Sequence record: MT446416.1
Length of the DNA stretch: 64,000 nt
Reading direction: 5' to 3' (one strand)
Shown here one piece after another: positions 47,831 to 58,047 of the stretch; the stretch's first letter is position 1, and each line of letters begins with the position of its first letter. Both the position numbers and the translations under genes were made by a program. The notes under the pieces are model-generated. The model worked only from the letters and a program-made list of their open reading frames with translations, was not told where the DNA came from and searched no databases.

Positions 47831-48866
47831 CTATCGATTCGGCATATTCTTTCGTAGTCGCAAGAGAAATTCAACCACTGACCATGTTGAAATGAAGGTA
47901 ATATAAGTTGCCAAGAATCCGGTAAGAATAAATGCAACCAGCGTACTACCATTTGGTCCATCTGCTTTAATACCAATTATACCATCAACTACAGTGAAAC
48001 ATGTAGCCATTAGCGTGTAGCAGACGTACAACACAAAGAAGAACTCATTCTCCATTGAAGGGTAGAAACGGTTAAACACTTTATAAAATTTAAAGTACAG
48101 TAGGATTATACCAACAAAGACATAAAATGTAAACAGGGTTGTTATAATATATGAGATTAGGTTCAAATTATACATATTAACGCTCCGGTAAATTATCACG
48201 TAAGGTTTTAATTCGATTATACAATTTCACTGAAACATTACCAAATATACCATATCCAAGTACTAAAATGTATGCAATAAGCATAGTAATAATTACTATA
48301 GTGCCAAAACTATAATGTACACTACTGATACCCAATGTAGTTTCAACGATTATTTGGGAAAGAGAAAGAATCAAAAGTACAACTACAATAGGATGATTTG
48401 GATACATCCTATTAAATAGTGTTTTGTACTTGAAGAAGCAAAGCACTCCACCAAATAAGAAGTAAACAATGTAAATGCAAGCAACAGCATAGGCAAACAC
48501 GTTAGTGTAATAAATCATTATCAATCCTTATTTTTCAGGGATATTAGAACGCCATACATCAAGGCGATGGATCAGCTCAAAAAACAACCATACTGGAAAG
48601 AAAGATATCATAACACCAAGTGATAACCCGGTCAATACCGATACCAGATTTAATTCATCAGTACTATATCCACATATCAGTACTTCTAATATTCCCCACG
48701 TACACGCACAGAATACCAAGAATGAAATCGGTGCATCATAATAGATACGTTCATATAAAGTAGTGTATCGGAAGAATGCAATAATGTAGCAAAACATGAA
48801 ATATACCCACATCAATGACACTACATAGAATGACACTTTATTAATTAATTCAAAATTTTGTTCCAT
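47831..48866 (-). repeat. Three more three-TM membrane paralogs (47831..48175, 48177..48524, 48528..48866)
   Basis: F(K/R)Y..L(F/Y).R.Y motif and LR.N(M/L/I)P ends; similar to the 37.8-40.3 kb array. Confidence 0.75.
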
Positions 48867-48867
48867 T

Positions 48868-49149
48868 TTATACCTTCAAATATTCAGAAAATAATGCATG
48901 AGCTTCTTCTATATTCTTGAGATAATACATATGATATAGATTTGGTTGACCATTTTTATAACTTAAATCGAAGTACTTTAAACTATGCACCTTCATGACA
49001 AAAACAAATAATGACTTAAAACCAATCTCACCGTACTTAATAAACAGTTCATCTAAATGAATGTAACTCTTAGTTTCAGATAATTCCTTCACATCAGCTT
49101 CAATTTCTTGTAAGCGAAGTTTACCGATTAAGTTTTCAAATGAACGCAT
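48868..49149 (-). CDS. Hypothetical protein
   Basis: Likely start MRSFENL. Confidence 0.65.
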   Translation of the reverse strand: MRSFENLIGKLRLQEIEADVKELSETKSYIHLDELFIKYGEIGFKSLFVFVMKVHSLKYFDLSYKNGQPNLYHMYYLKNIEEAHALFSEYLKV

Positions 49150-49160
49150 GATGTTGTTCC

Positions 49161-49574
49161 TTATGCTGGTACACAATTTTTTATAATGAATACACGTTTC
49201 ATGAATGAACTTTCATATACGTACTTCAGTTTACCATTTTCACGCATACGATGAAACACATCTTTACCACTAGTACTCCAGGTTGAACCAGTCTCTGTAT
49301 CAACATTGTTCATAACACCAGATGTTACGTTCACCCCGTACTTGAAGCTAAAGGTACTACCTTCTTCTACCAGAGGGATTGGTGTACTACGTTCATGTTC
49401 CAGTACAAGTTTACTGCCGATGATGTTGTACGAAGTTAGATTGCATTTTAAAACACCCATCTCTTGTGCAGTTGGGTAATTCTTCTCAAACAAATCAGAT
49501 ACTTCATTTGCATAACAAACTGAACTAATCATCAGAAGTAATGAACTGATAGAACGGAAAATAACTTTTAACAT
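49161..49574 (-). CDS. Secreted/periplasmic protein
   Basis: Signal peptide ...SSVCYA; two Cys. Confidence 0.75.
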   Translation of the reverse strand: MLKVIFRSISSLLLMISSVCYANEVSDLFEKNYPTAQEMGVLKCNLTSYNIIGSKLVLEHERSTPIPLVEEGSTFSFKYGVNVTSGVMNNVDTETGSTWSTSGKDVFHRMRENGKLKYVYESSFMKRVFIIKNCVPA

Positions 49575-49638
49575 GTTTGCCTCCAGTAGTTGATGAAATG
49601 ATTATAGCAAAAAGGGCCGACCGAAGTCAACCCTTTTT

Positions 49639-50251
49639 TTATATTTTACATATTATGTCTGGTTTTGGCTTTTCATTCTTTGGCTTTTCAAATGGATTTG
49701 GCTTAGGGGACTTTTTATCTTTGTCATCTTTAGCTTTCTTTTTGTTTTCTTTTTTATCCGATTTGTCAGCTTTGTCTTTCTTATCCTTGGAATCTTTGTC
49801 AGCTTTAGATTGTGGTTCCTCACATACAGCAGCTTTTGGCTCCGGCATATCACATGAGTTATCCACAGGTTTAATGAACTCTTTACAGTTGTAGAAGTAT
49901 AAACTTTCATTGGTAGTAAGATTGTGGAATCTAAAGGTATTTTCACCATTAGTATATACTTTCTTAGTACTCTCAATATCATTACACATTGCAACCGTGT
50001 CACCGGAATTCATGCTCGACACCTAGTACATCAGATTTACGTTCAGATAGTATTCCAGACGTATATCGATCTTTGTTATCAAATGCATTGAACCCTATAG
50101 TTTTATTATTGTCATGTACTAATCCTCTAGTGTAAGACTTAGTATAGAACTCACCGTTTCTAAACTCCTGTCTAGCAATGGAGCACTGGTATTCAGTACT
50201 ATAAGCTATATCAGTAAACAATACAAGTGAAAATAAAACATATTTAAACAT
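49639..50251 (-). CDS. Secreted protein, apparently split into two overlapping ORFs (50000..50251 and 49639..50022); K/D/P-rich tail
   Basis: Signal peptide in the first part; TSG(I/V) and NC motifs shared with 49161..49574; possible single-base frameshift near 50005. Confidence 0.5.
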
Positions 50252-50325
50252 TGCATTACCTCTTATAAAAACCCTCTACAATATTTACAAAAAAAAAGGT
50301 TGACCGAAGTCAACCTTTTAAATGT

Positions 50326-51855
50326 TTATTTTTGATACTTGCTCATGATATCTTTTTCCCAAGAAGTTACGTTACCATTGTCGTAATCCTTGAATGAGTT
50401 ATCAAGTGTAGTTAGTGCATACTCATATGCTTCTGGTGATTCGATGTCAACATCATCTGCACCATTGACTAAATCAGACCAAGCCTTTTGAAGTTTACGA
50501 GCATTATTACCAACATTATTTTTAATCCAACTAATGTTTCTGTTGATACTTTTACTATCAGCCCCGGCTTTTTTACCAATCTCTGATATCCACATCATTA
50601 GCTTTTGAAGTTCATGAATTGAGTTATCGTTCATTTCACGATCTTTAGAAAGTTCTGCTTCCATACCATCGGAACCAGTACTGTCAGATGAACCAACGTC
50701 AATTCCATTTTTAGCTAATAGTTTACCAAGTTCAAAGAATGCAGCTTCAGCAGGGAAGTCATAACCTTTCTCTTTGTAGTTATTCCATGCACTATCAAAC
50801 TCGTCAACAAAACGGTTAGCATAATCTGGATTTTTAACTAATGCTTTATATACTGCCATTGCATGTTCAAAACCTTCTTTATCTGACCCAAACTCTTCCA
50901 TCTCAGGACGATGAATGTATCCATCCATATCAACGGTATCAGGTAGTTCTTCTTGCTCAGGCTCAACATCTTTCTGTTCAACTGCACCTTCTTCATCTTT
51001 ACGTAGTAGATATCCATCAGGTGTCACTTTCTCACCATGTTCTGCTTCATACTTTTTCATGGTATTGAATGCAGCATCCATAGCTGTTACGAAGCGACTT
51101 TTCTCACCTTGTACATAAGATTTAAGTGCACTATTAACAGCGTCAGATACGAGCTTAACCTTATCGTCTTTACCTTCTAAACGGTTTTCAAGTTTAGCCA
51201 GTACATTCTTGACTTGCTGGGCATTAGCACGGTCTGCTTTACCAATACTATCAAAAGTTTTAAGAATACCATCAAGACTTGCTTCACCCTGTTCAGGTTC
51301 TTTGGAATCTTCTTTGTGTGTACCTTCAAGTGCACGCATGATAGTACTGAATACTTCAGTAGGTTCAGTGCTCTTATTACCTTTCATTGCATCAAGTACA
51401 GCTTGTGCTTTACCTTTGAGTTCTTCTTTAGGAACTGCCTGTAGTGCTTTGACAATACCCTGAATCAACTGTGGTTTGTTAGCAAATATCTTACCTAAGT
51501 TATCAGAAAGTTCTTTGACAGGGTTAGATGCTTTTGATTGTGCAGGTGCTTCTGGTTCTACTTCTGGACGTTCTTGTGCATTATCCATTGCAGCTAGTTG
51601 TTCTTTTTGATGAGCATTAAGTAATCCCAAAGCATTCATGTATTTTAATTTTTCATGTGGATTCATTTTGGAAGTATCTGTTACTTCACCTGGCTTTGCA
51701 TTTTCTACACCTTGTGCACCAGTGCTTTGGTTACGACTCATTTTTCTACCACTATGATAGTTTCCAGCAGGGCGGTACTCCGACTTGCGTTTTGAATGTT
51801 GAACAATTGCACCATTTCTGTGCTTCATATCACCATTATTATAATCACTAGGCAT
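50326..51855 (-). CDS. 509-aa acidic helical protein, possibly virion-internal
   Basis: AAGGAGG RBS; TAATAAATA late-promoter-like element upstream; function inferred only. Confidence 0.75.
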   Translation of the reverse strand: MPSDYNNGDMKHRNGAIVQHSKRKSEYRPAGNYHSGRKMSRNQSTGAQGVENAKPGEVTDTSKMNPHEKLKYMNALGLLNAHQKEQLAAMDNAQERPEVEPEAPAQSKASNPVKELSDNLGKIFANKPQLIQGIVKALQAVPKEELKGKAQAVLDAMKGNKSTEPTEVFSTIMRALEGTHKEDSKEPEQGEASLDGILKTFDSIGKADRANAQQVKNVLAKLENRLEGKDDKVKLVSDAVNSALKSYVQGEKSRFVTAMDAAFNTMKKYEAEHGEKVTPDGYLLRKDEEGAVEQKDVEPEQEELPDTVDMDGYIHRPEMEEFGSDKEGFEHAMAVYKALVKNPDYANRFVDEFDSAWNNYKEKGYDFPAEAAFFELGKLLAKNGIDVGSSDSTGSDGMEAELSKDREMNDNSIHELQKLMMWISEIGKKAGADSKSINRNISWIKNNVGNNARKLQKAWSDLVNGADDVDIESPEAYEYALTTLDNSFKDYDNGNVTSWEKDIMSKYQK

Positions 51856-51898
51856 CGTGTGCCCTCCTTTAACATAAAATATATTATTATTTATTATA

Positions 51899-53083
51899 CT
51901 ACTTAATACTGTTCACATCAAGTTCTTGTACATTATATGATTCAATTATTTTTATTAATTTTTCATATTCCGATTCATTGATTGTTTCAGTATACCCGTC
52001 CAAATAATTTATTTTATCAATAACTTTTCTTTTTATGCCACTCATATGTTTAATAAAATATTCAAGTTCTTTGATTAAAATACCATCAGCACTGTAATAT
52101 GTTTTATATTTTTCAGTTCTAAATAAGTTTTTATTATATTGTTCAAATCTGTATATATAGTTGTTTGTTATACCAAATTTATAATATAACCTACCATTAC
52201 CTAGTACTCGATGTATATAAAAATACCCAGGTTTACTTGGGTCATATCCACCTCGACTACAACTTGGACAACCTCTTTTCTTTTGAACAATATTTTGATA
52301 TCGAGTTGTCCATTCAGGATGTTCACATTCTGAACATTTTAATGTAATTAATGTATGTACATTTTTATATATAAATGGTTTATAAGTATATCCGTTAGAT
52401 GTGCAAATTTCATTAAGTCTTTTAATTGATTCATCTTGTGAAAGACAAAGTTTTCTAGCTGTGGATTGATTTCCACATTTTGCACATCCATTACCTTGAT
52501 ATACAAATTTATCATAACTTAAACTAAATTCATCATGGTCGGGATTGCAACATTTTAATGTAATTTTAGTTCTATTATTTTTATATTCAAAAGGTTTATA
52601 AGTATATCCAGTAGTATTACATATGTTATTTACATTTAATTCTGCTTGTTGTTGGGTTAATTTTAACTTTCCACCACATTCAATACATCCATTTTTCTTA
52701 TTAACTAAAGAATTATAATTAGTTTCATGTGGTTTATGGGAGGCAACTCCACAATGAATTATTATTTTTGTTCCTATAGCACCTTTAAAATCAAAGGGTT
52801 CATAAGTATATCCTTTTAATTCACATATTTCATGAACTTTAGTTCTTGCTGTTTTTTCTTTTAAAGAATTTCTTCCTTTACATTCTGGACACCCAGTTCT
52901 TTTATAAATGAATTTACTAAATTTACATTTCCATTCTTCATGTTTAAAGTTATCACATTTAAGTTCTAATATTGTTTTAGTGTTAATATAAGTGAAAGGT
53001 TTATATGTATAATTTTGTTCTAAACATCTGTTCGCTACTATTTTTTCAGCTTCTTCTTGTGTTAATCGTATCCCACTAGCCAT
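51899..53083 (-). mobile_element. Homing endonuclease-like protein with four C..H...CxxC repeats and a GIY-YIG-like C-terminus
   Basis: GCPEC/GCIEC/GCAKC/GCPSC; GYFYIH...YKFGIT...DGYTET. Confidence 0.75.
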
Positions 53084-53162
53084 GAAATATAATCCTTGAA
53101 TCTTTGTTATTTCATATATTTACTATATAAAAAAAAGGCTGACCGAAGTCAACCCCTTTTAA

Positions 53163-53546
53163 TTATTTTTTAAACTTATGTTTTTCGCCGTCAATAGAGT
53201 TCACGATGACATCATGAATCTTGCGAAGGTTATGAGTTTTCTTTAGTGCTTCATGTAGTGCACGGAATGCTGCGTGTACTGTTGCCTTGAAGTGCTCTTT
53301 AGGAGTCACTTTAAGTTTCTCAATGATATCACGTACATAAATTGGATGATCTTCAAATACACGATTCAATTCATGGCCTAGTGATTATAAACTGAAAGCT
53401 TTTTCGCGTGAAGGACGATCATGTGCAAGACTTTGGTCAGGCTTTAGTAGACCTAGTGAATCAAGATACTTATGCTTATGTGCATTATCAATTCCAGAAA
53501 TATCCACATCATGCGATGGATCTTTCTTATTCCATTTATCAACCAT
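53163..53546 (-). pseudogene. Short paralog of the 509-aa protein N-terminus, with an in-frame TAA
   Basis: HKHKYLDSLGLL vs HEKLKYMNALGLL; VFEDHP..VRDIIEKLKVTPKE vs IFANKP..IQGIVKALQAVPKE; TAA at 53385-53387; TATAAATA at 53579-53586. Confidence 0.7.
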
Positions 53547-53657
53547 TTCACACTCCTTAAAGAGATAAATTACTTTAATATTTATACTTCATGTGCTGTT
53601 TATTTCCACAGACACTTAAGATTATATCACATATGAAATGGTTGTTCCAAAGTCAAA

Positions 53658-54101
53658 TCAGTACTGTTTAAGTTCTGAACTGAAGATAAAGGAATCCATA
53701 TCTTCTAGTGTTAACTTCAAGTCCGGTGTGTACTTTAATATCACACATTCAGGTTTCTTAATGGCAGCTTGATAGGCAGCAATTGCCAACTGTTGAAGCT
53801 GCTCTGGTGTGTAGTTCATGCGTTCTGCATTGAATACGATGTTGTTAATATCACCACCTGGCAGCTTCTCAAACTCACGCATAACAGCAGCCATCACATC
53901 ATCAGATGTATTCTTATAAGCCCAATGAGGTAGTTGCATAACATCATAAATCTCGCCATTGTCGTTCATAAGAGAGATCCATTTTTTACCGTCCGATGAA
54001 CTAAACAGACGACCTTTAATAGCAATGTTCTCTACCAAATTAACAAAGGCAAATATGTCTTGCTCATTTAGTTCAATGCTATTAACGTTAATCCAACCCA
54101 T
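53658..54101 (-). CDS. Hypothetical protein
   Basis: Start corrected to MGWINV (GGAG RBS). Confidence 0.7.
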   Translation of the reverse strand: MGWINVNSIELNEQDIFAFVNLVENIAIKGRLFSSSDGKKWISLMNDNGEIYDVMQLPHWAYKNTSDDVMAAVMREFEKLPGGDINNIVFNAERMNYTPEQLQQLAIAAYQAAIKKPECVILKYTPDLKLTLEDMDSFIFSSELKQY

Positions 54102-54114
54102 ACTACATCTCCAG

Positions 54115-54687
54115 TTATAAATCACGAACGACATTCATTAAACACAATTTGGGCTTTATCGCATTCAAAACCCATATGCATTCTTTGTAAGTTGCTATTA
54201 TAGCATCTAAATGCTCAGTTACAATGCTTTCTTGAAAATATTCTTCTTCATTGAGTTTTGCTAAATTAGTCACATCACATGTAGGTACTATAGGTCTGGA
54301 TTGTACACCCATTCCATTATTGATATTGGTAAAATGTAAAAAATTGTACTTCACCACACCGTTATCTACACTTATGATGCATGTCAAATGTTCCAACTCA
54401 GTTAGTTCGGTATTACAAGTGACATGAATGAATCCAGCATTATAGGCTCTATAATCATCTACTAATATCTCAAAATCATTACGTTCAAATATAAGTGAAA
54501 TGAGTTTGTCTTGTGGTTTAACCTTCTGAAATTTTACCGAATTTACGTATGATACTTTAATCTTAGATGAAATTATCTTTTTACTAAGTGCAGTTAATTC
54601 TTCTTTAGCCTTAAAAGTTAAAGTTATAGGTCTAAATCTAGAACTTTTGTTCTTCTTTGATACTTTGAACTTACCTTTTCTATTCAT
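54115..54687 (-). CDS. Hypothetical protein with an EEYFQESI motif
   Basis: ORF track. Confidence 0.75.
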   Translation of the reverse strand: MNRKGKFKVSKKNKSSRFRPITLTFKAKEELTALSKKIISSKIKVSYVNSVKFQKVKPQDKLISLIFERNDFEILVDDYRAYNAGFIHVTCNTELTELEHLTCIISVDNGVVKYNFLHFTNINNGMGVQSRPIVPTCDVTNLAKLNEEEYFQESIVTEHLDAIIATYKECIWVLNAIKPKLCLMNVVRDL

Positions 54688-54741
54688 TAATTAAACCCCA
54701 CATAAAGTAAAAGGGATGGCATATTACCAACCCTATATCTT

Positions 54742-54993
54742 TTATTTTTTAATAGATTCATAAAGCAGAAACAACCAAATAAACATTGATGAACAAACTA
54801 CTACTGGGATTAATGTAAATTCAGTAAAGAATAAAAGTATTCCATAAGTTAGTATGCAACATAAGTTTACGTACATAATTGCTTCTGCATTTTTATTTTT
54901 CATTTTATATGCAATGAATGTTGGTGACCACATTACCAAAAATGCAAACAACGCACATATGATGATTACAGTTTCCATATTACACCTCCGCAA
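54742..54993 (-). CDS. Superinfection immunity (T4 Imm-like) membrane protein
   Basis: W-S-P-x-F-I-A-x-x-x-K-N-K-N...I..VNL resembles the Imm LP..IA..R...N...I...NL pattern. Confidence 0.5.
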   Translation of the reverse strand: MRRCNMETVIIICALFAFLVMWSPTFIAYKMKNKNAEAIMYVNLCCILTYGILLFFTEFTLIPVVVCSSMFIWLFLLYESIKK

Positions 54994-55049
54994 AATAATG
55001 TTCTGTACTGCTATTATTTACAGAGAATATCTAAAAAAATTGATCTAGA

Positions 55050-55274
55050 TCAATTTTTAGTCACTTTACAATTTGAATCTTTTTTGTACTGAACAATCAC
55101 ATTGTTCTTAAGGAAGATGATGGTCCCATAGGAACCTTGGGCTGCAACTTCAACAATATGGTTCTTATATGTTTCAGTATACCCTTCCATCTCGTTGATA
55201 CACACTACATGATACTTTGGTTTAGCACATACAACAGTACTCAAGAATAGCAGTACTAGTACTAGATATTTCAT
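55050..55274 (-). CDS. Small secreted protein
   Basis: Signal peptide MKYLVLVLLFLSTVVCA. Confidence 0.7.
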   Translation of the reverse strand: MKYLVLVLLFLSTVVCAKPKYHVVCINEMEGYTETYKNHIVEVAAQGSYGTIIFLKNNVIVQYKKDSNCKVTKN

Positions 55275-55324
55275 TTTATTACCTTATAAACAAGAACAGG
55301 AATCCTTTTACGGATTCCTATAAT

Positions 55325-56256
55325 TTAGTCCTTTAATGTACCATTGTGTAAACGATTATACACATCATTGCGACGCAACGCAACAATATCTTCAGCGTAC
55401 TTCATTGTAAACGCCCATGCTTTTGGATGCACATTAAGCTTCATACGAATGCGATTCTTCATCAATTCACCGCTTAGGCGAACAAACTCATGAACACCAC
55501 GACTTCCGTACTCTGAAATCAAATCATTGATGTACATGTTGCGAAGGGTTTCGTCTGTACATTCTTTAACCATTTCTACGTCTGCCACGATGCTTGCATT
55601 TACTGAAGTACTGATCATTTTTAAGTTACCTTATTTGAATTGGACTGTAATTTTATCACCTTCAACTACGAACTTACAGTCGTAGCGACGGGCCATATCC
55701 ATATACATATGCTCAGAATACCACGGAACATCAATATCAGGATGCTCTGCGTATTGTAGCACTTCACGGTCACCAACAGTAGTGATGACGAAAGGAATGT
55801 TCATCTCTCGCAAAAACAACTCAGCACCTGGTGAACGATTGACAAACTCAGTGTCGTTACGCAAAGTAAAACCATTGTATTGTAATTTAAGCTTCATGAT
55901 TATCCTCTAAGTTAATACCATTCTTTTAAACCATCAAGTTCGGCTATGTGAGTAATTATAACACAGATCACACTGAGGTCAAGCATTATTTGCTCATAAT
56001 TTAATTTTATTCTATCATCATTGTATGCTCTAAAAACAACATCAAAGTCGAAGTAGTTATCGTTTTCATCATTCATTGGAATGATTCTATATCTACGCCT
56101 ACCATCATCATTGAATACAGTTAAACACTGTTTAAATTTCTTCATTATCTGTGTATTCAATGCATTGTAATATGCAACATCATATTGTGTACAACGTGGG
56201 TCATTGGGTAGATAAAACGATACAAATTTTTTTAATTCTATTTGAGTCTTATCCAT
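55325..56256 (-). CDS. Three hypothetical proteins (55325..55618, 55631..55897, 55912..56256)
   Basis: ORF track, with RBSs. Confidence 0.7.
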
Positions 56257-56689
56257 ATACAGCCTCATGTATTACTCTTTTACTTTGGCGGTACTCATCC
56301 TTTGCTTCTTTCACTGACATGATACGAACCAGTTTAGCACTACCACAATAGTACTGAACCTGACTACGACCAATGTCAACATGATTATCAGGAACTTCAT
56401 ATACTGATACAGCAAACCCTGCACGATGTAATTTACCCAAGTCCATAGTAAAGAACTTAAACAAATCATTCAAACTCTGACAGCCAAATGCCCAGCCACG
56501 TTTGATTGAATAGATTCCATCTTCAGTTGGTTCTGGTTGGAATTGCGAAGGCGTGGTCATGCACAAACGGTCAAATCCATTTTTAGTACTGTATCGTGAA
56601 GAGTACCGTGCGAACGGACCTACTGTTTTTGCTGGATCTAAGTTAGGTTCAATATAACTGAATTTAAGTTCAAAACGATATACGTACAT
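56249..56689 (-). CDS. Conserved phage hypothetical protein (weak ADP-ribosyltransferase-like pattern)
   Basis: VYR...GPF...P.P.ED...FGCQS...GF.VSVYEV...G.SQV. Confidence 0.6.
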   Translation of the reverse strand: MYVYRFELKFSYIEPNLDPAKTVGPFARYSSRYSTKNGFDRLCMTTPSQFQPEPTEDGIYSIKRGWAFGCQSLNDLFKFFTMDLGKLHRAGFAVSVYEVPDNHVDIGRSQVQYYCGSAKLVRIMSVKEAKDEYRQSKRVIHEAVYG

Positions 56690-56744
56690 AATTAAAATCC
56701 CCAGTATTTGATGAAATAATTATAACAAAAAAGGCTGACCGAAG

Positions 56745-56966
56745 TCAACCTTTATTTTGAAGTTCTTGAACTAATTGTCGTACTTCTTTGATGTTATGAC
56801 ACTGCTTTACAGTGAAGTAATCATACTTACGACCATAGGTTCTTGGGTCATCACCTTCCATATACTGCTGCACATCAAAGATTTGTAAGTAGGGATGCTG
56901 CATAACACGAATGTTATCACATTGATAAATCAACATATGTTTAGTCCTCATATTTACACAAGCCAC
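56745..56966 (-). CDS. Hypothetical protein
   Basis: ORF track. Confidence 0.6.
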   Translation of the reverse strand: MACVNMRTKHMLIYQCDNIRVMQHPYLQIFDVQQYMEGDDPRTYGRKYDYFTVKQCHNIKEVRQLVQELQNKG

Positions 56967-57291
56967 CGAATGTTGCCTGTTTTGCTGCCTTACGCATCAT
57001 CACAAGTTTAACATACTGTTCGCCATTACTTTCTTCATATACATCAACTTGAAGAAATGCAAGCATATTGGGATCAGTATCATTCGAGTACTGCGTAAAA
57101 CTAATGTCACCTACAGTATGTTCTTTAACAAAATTATACACTTCACCGTCGATATAAACGATAGTATGGTCATCGCTATCACCTTGGTAAATGTGTTTAA
57201 TATCACCTTCAGTACAGACTAGTCCAGGTAATGGTTCTGCATAAGACATACCACACACAATCATACAAACAAAAAACAAAATTACTTTCAT
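56941..57291 (-). CDS. Secreted protein, paralog of 57682..58047
   Basis: Signal peptide; IDGEVYNF vs VDNEVYRF. Confidence 0.75.
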   Translation of the reverse strand: MKVILFFVCMIVCGMSYAEPLPGLVCTEGDIKHIYQGDSDDHTIVYIDGEVYNFVKEHTVGDISFTQYSNDTDPNMLAFLQVDVYEESNGEQYVKLVMMRKAAKQATFGGLCKYED

Positions 57292-57671
57292 GATTTGTTT
57301 CCTTTGGATAAAATTGATTTCTTCACTTTGTACTGCTTGTAGTTATTATACCAAACATCGGTTACATAAATCAAGTACCAAAGTGATGGATATAATGCTA
57401 GACCAATAAAAACTGAAAAAATACTTGTATTAATAAAATCAATACAGTACAGTGTAAATGCAAAGATTAGAATACCAATGGTAATCATACTAGCTGTATA
57501 TGGTACACTATCAGATGCAAACCATGAATCAATCTTACTAATTAAAGTATACTTTCCAGTACTAACAGCATAAACAATTGCTACTATACCAAATAATGCC
57601 ATTGAAATAGTTATTACTGAGTTAATAAGAATCGGAGTAATTAATACATAAAGCATTACATCGTTTATCAT
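57288..57671 (-). CDS. Three-TM membrane protein
   Basis: Hydrophobic helices, basic tail. Confidence 0.7.
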   Translation of the reverse strand: MINDVMLYVLITPILINSVITISMALFGIVAIVYAVSTGKYTLISKIDSWFASDSVPYTASMITIGILIFAFTLYCIDFINTSIFSVFIGLALYPSLWYLIYVTDVWYNNYKQYKVKKSILSKGNKS

Positions 57672-57681
57672 TTGTTATACC

Positions 57682-58047
57682 TTAAAGTTCACAATGAATA
57701 TTCAATTTATCAATATCCTGATCGCGTTTGTTCGACGAATCTTGATAAATGTCTATGTAAATATCCCCATCCTTTGTCTTGGGGTCCACTATCAATATTA
57801 CATTTGCTATTATACCAGCATCTGATTTATATGTCGATACCTTTTTATTCCCAATCAAACTCTCGGCCCTGAAACGGTAAACCTCATTATCTACGACAAT
57901 ATTGTTTCCATTTTGTGGGTCATTAGAAAGTACATGCCATGTTCCATCGTTTCCCATACAATCAAGGGAAGCAGGTACGGCTGTACTGAACCTTGAATAA
58001 AGCATGAATACTACAAACACCATTATCATTCTTATATATTTTTTCAT
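57682..58047 (-). CDS. Secreted protein
   Basis: Signal peptide; see 56941..57291. Confidence 0.75.
   Translation of the reverse strand: MKKYIRMIMVFVVFMLYSRFSTAVPASLDCMGNDGTWHVLSNDPQNGNNIVVDNEVYRFRAESLIGNKKVSTYKSDAGIIANVILIVDPKTKDGDIYIDIYQDSSNKRDQDIDKLNIHCEL

Larger units (their letters stand above)
41119..56754 (-). promoter_or_regulatory. Repeated terminator-promoter cassette GGTTGAC-TTCG-GTCAGCC-T(n)-GC-TATAAT
   Basis: Copies at ~41119-41164, 42564-42608, 43391-43415, 43954-43999, 45539-45586, 49590-49640, 50289-50320, 53128-53160 and 56709-56754; also 15280-15320. Confidence 0.85.

Noticed and set aside
47518-50003. Overlapping - strand ORFs 47518..47976 and 49653..50003 (likewise 16234..16464 and 45203..45391)
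   Set aside because: They are alternate frames of better-supported genes, with no RBS.
152-53546. Alternative genetic code (stop reassignment)
   Set aside because: TAA, TGA and TAG all end normal, correctly coupled genes here, and only three internal TAAs were found.
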